Made by a program: the position numbers and the translations under genes
Notes under the pieces: generated by a model
The model's input: only the letters and a program-made list of their open reading frames with translations
Database searches by the model: none
Told to the model about the DNA's origin: nothing
Shown: piece by piece, positions 4,184 through 7,314 of the stretch
Numbering within the stretch: the stretch's first letter is position 1
Layout: the number at the start of each line of letters is the position of its first letter
NCBI GenBank assembly: GCA_022560555.1
Contig: JADFSZ010000087.1
Coordinates: 1 to 7,314, forward strand
DNA: 7,314 bases
From: PVC group bacterium
GTDB lineage: Bacteria; GCA-001730085; JADFSZ01
Reading direction: 5' to 3'

Positions 4184-6043
4184 TTATTGACTAATGCCCT
4201 CACGCCAACCAATAACCAGCGGCTCCATTAAATCGTACGGAAGATAAATATTAAGAAATTCAAGACCGAGTGTCGCTAAGCGCGGATCAAAATTAAGTTC
4301 GATGCTTCCGCTCCAGGCAAACGCGGCGTCCCGACTAATCATGGACCCAAAATACTTGAAAGCTCCGACCGATCCCGCGTAAAGGTGGTTGGAAAACATA
4401 ACAGCGTCAATATTTCTTATCTGTGATGATTTATCCGCGTTGGAATCGATCCAGTCTTCGCCCATGGATGATTCATAAAACTTACGCGCCGTTGGAGAAC
4501 CTGTCCCATCATCCATAAAACCACCATCAACTGCGTCATAATCTCCGTCAAAATAAGGGCGTAGCTGATCTTCACCCGCGTCCAAGACACCGTTGCCGTT
4601 CGTATCCTCATCGTAATCCAGAATCCCGTTTGTCGCCCACCCGTCAATATATCCGTTCGCCGCGTCCAACGCGTCGACATCATGCTGTTGAGTATATGGG
4701 GGCGTAATGTTATTCAAGACATCATTTTGCCAAGCATTTTCCGTATAGTCACCCACAATCATACTCCCCCTCGCAACGAGTCCCAGCATATCTTTCGTAG
4801 CATTCAGAGTGGCCGTCGCATCCGGATTCGCATCCGGTTTATTCCACAGAGGGGGATCCGCGTAGGTAATGTCTCCCAAGATATGGGTATTTCTCCCTGA
4901 ATAGATGGTGCCCTGCCCCGAAATCACCCCTGAAATCAGTACATCTCCGTCGATCCAAACAGGACCGTTGATAACTATGGGATTGGCCACCGTTCCTATA
5001 AGAACAATACTGCCGTCATCCGGTGTGCCGCTGATGCCGTCGGGTCCATTTTCGCTGCTGTCATACACAGCGGTGACGAGAGGAACACCTGCTTGAAAGA
5101 TTGTCCCGCCCTCAGATACGGCTATCGCTTTGTAATAAGCGTCCGATTTCAAACGCGGCATCACAAGTTCTTCCGCTCCTAAATCCAACTCTCCGTCACC
5201 ATCGTAATCTTCTCCGGGATCAAGCACACCGTTAAAATTAACGTCTTCATTAACGTGAAACTCAGGCGACCCGTCATAACCGAACTCATAATAGGTATCC
5301 ACAGGGTTTGAATTGTCCGTTGGATTCGTCGGACGGGTTTGTTGTCGTCCGGGACCGTTATAATAAGACTGGTATTGGTCATATGTCTTGAAACTATAAT
5401 TTCCTGAAATGGAGCCGTCCGCGCCCAATTTCGCGTTGACGCTGGCATACACATCGCCATTTATCGTTGGGGATCCACCAAAGTTCCAATCCCCGTTGGT
5501 TCGAATAGATCCATTGGCGTTCACTCCCCCTCCGCCGAAATCACCATAATTGCTCGCGAAATACGCGTAATCAAAAACCTGTGACGGTCCTAAAAAATAC
5601 CGTACCTGACTTTGAACTGTCCGAGTTTGTCCATCGCACACCCCAACGCTATTCAGTGTTAGTTCACGGATACCCCATCCCGCATTAACCACATTCGTCA
5701 AAGTAACGGTATATGTTGTTGTTCCGGCCGCATCCAGCGATGTATTCGTAGGAAAAGTATATCCGACGCCTGTTGCGAAAAGTGTGTCAAACCAGGTAAA
5801 AGCGGATTCATCCCAATCACTCGCGTAAAAAGCAGCTCTGAAGAGGGTCTCAATGTCCTGGGTAACCTGTTCAAGTCCAGCTTCGGCAGAATAGAGAGCC
5901 CGGTTTGAGTCATTTAAAGCCTCGGTCTGCCGCTCTTCCCTAAGGCCTGTAACCATAAAATTACCTGAAATAAGAGCCGCAATCGTAAGGATCAGAATGG
6001 TTCCTACAAGCACACTTCCGCTTTCATTTTTGAGTTTTTTCAT
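4184..6043 (-). CDS. Large PilX_N / GspK-like cap pseudopilin with beta-solenoid-like and EF-hand-like regions, 619 aa
   Basis: ATG 6043 is preceded by GGAGA and a 7-nt spacer. The track start at 6112 has no SD and lies inside the putative -24 element. The N-terminus MKKLKNESGSVLVGTILILTIAALISGNFMVTGLREERQTEALNDSNRALYSAEAGLEQ fits the PilX N-terminal domain pattern (G-[SA]-x-L, hydrophobic helix, then A-x-x-x-AEAGL). It lacks Glu at +5, as GspK/PilX-type proteins do. Other features are a Gly/Asn-rich repeat zone (5393..5542), D-x-[DN]-x-[DN]-G-x-L-D loops (5183..5245 and 4580..4606), and the beta-strand-repeat-like IVINGPVWIDGDVLISGVISGQGTIYSGRNTHILGDITY (4862..5002). Confidence 0.8.
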   Translation of the reverse strand: MKKLKNESGSVLVGTILILTIAALISGNFMVTGLREERQTEALNDSNRALYSAEAGLEQVTQDIETLFRAAFYASDWDESAFTWFDTLFATGVGYTFPTNTSLDAAGTTTYTVTLTNVVNAGWGIRELTLNSVGVCDGQTRTVQSQVRYFLGPSQVFDYAYFASNYGDFGGGGVNANGSIRTNGDWNFGGSPTINGDVYASVNAKLGADGSISGNYSFKTYDQYQSYYNGPGRQQTRPTNPTDNSNPVDTYYEFGYDGSPEFHVNEDVNFNGVLDPGEDYDGDGELDLGAEELVMPRLKSDAYYKAIAVSEGGTIFQAGVPLVTAVYDSSENGPDGISGTPDDGSIVLIGTVANPIVINGPVWIDGDVLISGVISGQGTIYSGRNTHILGDITYADPPLWNKPDANPDATATLNATKDMLGLVARGSMIVGDYTENAWQNDVLNNITPPYTQQHDVDALDAANGYIDGWATNGILDYDEDTNGNGVLDAGEDQLRPYFDGDYDAVDGGFMDDGTGSPTARKFYESSMGEDWIDSNADKSSQIRNIDAVMFSNHLYAGSVGAFKYFGSMISRDAAFAWSGSIELNFDPRLATLGLEFLNIYLPYDLMEPLVIGWREGISQ

Positions 6044-6100
6044 TATAAGGTCTCCATCAAAATCCGGGTCATTAAAAGGGTGAATCATTATAGGTATCTG

Positions 6101-6116
6101 AGCATGATCCATGCCA
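6101..6116 (-). promoter_or_regulatory. Sigma-54 (RpoN)-type -24/-12 promoter element upstream of the pilX-like operon
   Basis: The minus strand reads TGGCATGGATCATGCT, against the consensus TGGCACG-N4-TTGCW. The GG-N10-GC spacing is exact, TGGCA and TGC are conserved, and G is present at position 7. The implied TSS is near 6090, about 47 nt before ATG 6043. It is the only long intergenic region upstream of the first pilin gene. Confidence 0.5.
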
Positions 6117-6179
6117 AGAACGAAATAATCGTAACTATAAATTAATAAAGTGATTACACAAATTCCAATCTTCTTAAAT

Positions 6180-6197
6180 CGTCAAAATATCTTGACA
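6180..6197. promoter_or_regulatory. Imperfect 18-bp dyad (minus strand TGTCAAGATATTTTGACG), a candidate upstream activator or operator site
   Basis: 7 of 9 positions are symmetric, with core GTCAA-N6-TTGAC. The centre is about 74 nt upstream of the -24 GG, roughly -98 from the implied TSS. It has the same TGT-N12-AC(A/G) frame as the dyad at 903..920. A one-mismatch IHF-like site (minus strand AATCACTTTATTA, 6143..6155) lies between it and the promoter. Confidence 0.25.
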
Positions 6198-6200
6198 TTG

Positions 6201-6220
6201 GAAAAACGATGTAACACATC
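6201..6220 (-). terminator. Weak candidate terminator hairpin after the dehydrogenase gene
   Basis: The minus strand reads GATGTgttACATCgttttt: a 5-bp stem (6208..6212 pairing with 6216..6220), a 3-nt loop and a T5 tract, starting 15 nt after the stop at 6235..6237. The stem is short and has only 2 G:C pairs. Confidence 0.25.
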
Positions 6221-6234
6221 CTTTATGCAGCCCC

Positions 6235-7314
6235 TTAGAGAGAACCTCTTTTGATAAACCGTCTGAGGTATTGAAATCTCTTCGTAAGAGCCCCCTCTTG
6301 TGTAATAACCGCCCTTCTTAATTCGGAGGGCAGCGCGGCATGTTCTGTCACATCCACCGCTCCATGAACGGCGATCTGATAGATATACTCTCGAATCGAG
6401 AGACTAAAATCTTCAGATGAATCTTTGGGAAGTTCGCATGGAAGGTTATCAATAGCCATAACGGAAATGCCTTTGCTTTGATAACCGTCCACTGACTTTC
6501 GTTTTTCGGGGTCATACGTAAAAACGGGTTGATCCGGTGTTGTCACATGACTGGTGATTTCGATGGCTCCGTTAATGTCGCATGAAAGATCTCCGATAAA
6601 AGACAATCGAAACCCCGGCCGGTACATTTTGCTCAGCATCCGCTTGGTGACAAGTCTCGGAAAACGATCATCCCAATAACTCGCGTGAAGCAAAATATTC
6701 ACATGTTTCAAATACTCATCCATGCGGGATTCATAGTGCCGGGGATGTTCTAAATAATCTTCAAAATAAAAAGCATGACCCTTTTTGGATCGAAATTTTT
6801 CTTCACGTGTAAACACGATTCTGTATATTCGTTTTTTCGTATATCGTTTCTCTTTGATAAATTGCTCCAGATCACGAGGATGTATGTCAATCGGATCAAA
6901 TAAATCCAGCATTTCCATAACGCCTCTTGCCACATTTCCCCTCCCGGTTATCCCGATAATAAAGGGACTTAAATCCGGAATGGGACTCCTTTTTAAGTAT
7001 TGAGCGCATTTAATAAAATCCCTTTTCACGCTACGAAGATCCTTGTAGTCTTTCATAGATTTAATCATCGCAAATGGATTTTTATCCCCCAACCAGGCCA
7101 GACGTTTTCCCGCGTAACATAATGCATCTACGCATCCGCAGATCCCCGCGAACCTCCCGAAAAATACCAGGCGCTGCCCATTTGCCATTTCGATTTTTTC
7201 AAAGTCCACTAAACAAATGTTTTTTTTGAGACATTCCGCAAGCAAGGGGCGATTGCCGATTTGGCCTTTGATTGTATGTGAGAACAACATATAAAGTGAG
7301 TTTGATTGATGAGA
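6235..7314 (-). CDS. Lysine-ketoglutarate reductase / saccharopine dehydrogenase (L-lysine-forming)-like enzyme, alanine dehydrogenase/PNT superfamily. Partial: the 5' end is beyond the window
   Basis: The frame stays open upstream of the track ATG at 7290 (7291..7314 translate as SHQSNSLY), so the listed Met is internal. Motifs line up with the LKR half of eukaryotic AASS as I recall it: FSHTIKGQ vs FSHTIKAQ; LVDFEKI; FGRFAGICG; the dinucleotide-fold ITGRGNVARG (6922..6954); YWDDRFPRLVT; IGDLSCDINGAIE; MAIDNLPCELP; LRRAVITQEGALTKRFQYL. The protein stops right after the LKR-like region, with no second (SDH) domain. Confidence 0.85.
   Translation of the reverse strand, partial: SHQSNSLYMLFSHTIKGQIGNRPLLAECLKKNICLVDFEKIEMANGQRLVFFGRFAGICGCVDALCYAGKRLAWLGDKNPFAMIKSMKDYKDLRSVKRDFIKCAQYLKRSPIPDLSPFIIGITGRGNVARGVMEMLDLFDPIDIHPRDLEQFIKEKRYTKKRIYRIVFTREEKFRSKKGHAFYFEDYLEHPRHYESRMDEYLKHVNILLHASYWDDRFPRLVTKRMLSKMYRPGFRLSFIGDLSCDINGAIEITSHVTTPDQPVFTYDPEKRKSVDGYQSKGISVMAIDNLPCELPKDSSEDFSLSIREYIYQIAVHGAVDVTEHAALPSELRRAVITQEGALTKRFQYLRRFIKRGSL

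Noticed and set aside
4417-5913. Minus-strand ORFs in alternative frames inside the cap gene (4417..4683, 5179..5460, 5698..5913) and 2805..3197 inside the PilW-like gene
   Set aside because: They are fully nested out of frame in much longer, motif-supported CDSs. Their translations are Arg/Thr/Met-rich with no features.
6044-6112. 23-residue N-terminal extension (MDHAQIPIMIHPFNDPDFDGDLI) of the cap protein, as in the ORF track
   Set aside because: There is no SD before ATG 6112, and that codon sits inside the sigma-54-like -24 element. The extension would place an acidic peptide in front of the PilX_N signal-anchor. ATG 6043 has GGAGA at a 7-nt spacing.
7220-7227. T8 homopolymer (A8 on the coding strand, encoding LKKN) in the dehydrogenase gene, as a possible slippage or phase-variation site
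   Set aside because: The reading frame is intact through it. A single A8 run in a housekeeping-type gene of AT-leaning DNA is unremarkable.
1-7314. Search for CRISPR arrays, tRNA/rRNA genes, long tandem or inverted repeats, and IS elements
   Set aside because: Reading both strands, I saw no periodic repeat-spacer structure, no cloverleaf-compatible segments in the three intergenic regions, and no long terminal repeats. The window is about 90 percent protein-coding.

Overview
All credible genes in this window are on the minus strand. They form a compact locus of type IV filament minor pseudopilins next to an unrelated metabolic gene.

Gene order, reading 5'->3' on the minus strand (high to low coordinates):
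1. The 3' part of a lysine-ketoglutarate-reductase-like dehydrogenase (6235..7314). Its 5' end lies beyond the window.
2. An intergenic region with a sigma-54-type -24/-12 element.
3. A 619-aa PilX_N/GspK-like cap pseudopilin carrying EF-hand-like Asp loops.
4. A 129-aa bitopic membrane ORFan.
5. A PilV/GspI-like pseudopilin, then a PilW/GspJ-like pseudopilin. The two overlap by ATGA.
6. After a 101-nt AT-rich spacer, a 153-aa protein with a C-terminal excisionase-type HTH.
7. 17 nt later, a soluble ExeA/GspA/MshM-family AAA+ ATPase.
8. A strong rho-independent terminator.
9. A second sigma-54-type promoter region.
10. A second PilV-like / PilW-like pair that runs off the left edge.

Absent from the window: major pilin, prepilin peptidase, secretin, extension ATPase, platform protein, sigma-54 activator, RNA genes, CRISPR arrays and transposases.

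Most unusual features:
- The DNA-binding-protein plus ExeA-like ATPase pair sits between two paralogous minor-pilin modules.
- The oversized cap protein has three nine-residue calcium-loop motifs.
- An uncharacterised small membrane protein lies inside the pilin operon.
- The two promoter regions share the same layout.

Five ORF-track starts look over-extended (four TTG extensions and one upstream ATG). I re-called them at ATG codons preceded by strong Shine-Dalgarno sequences.

All family assignments come from motif recognition by eye. No database search was run.
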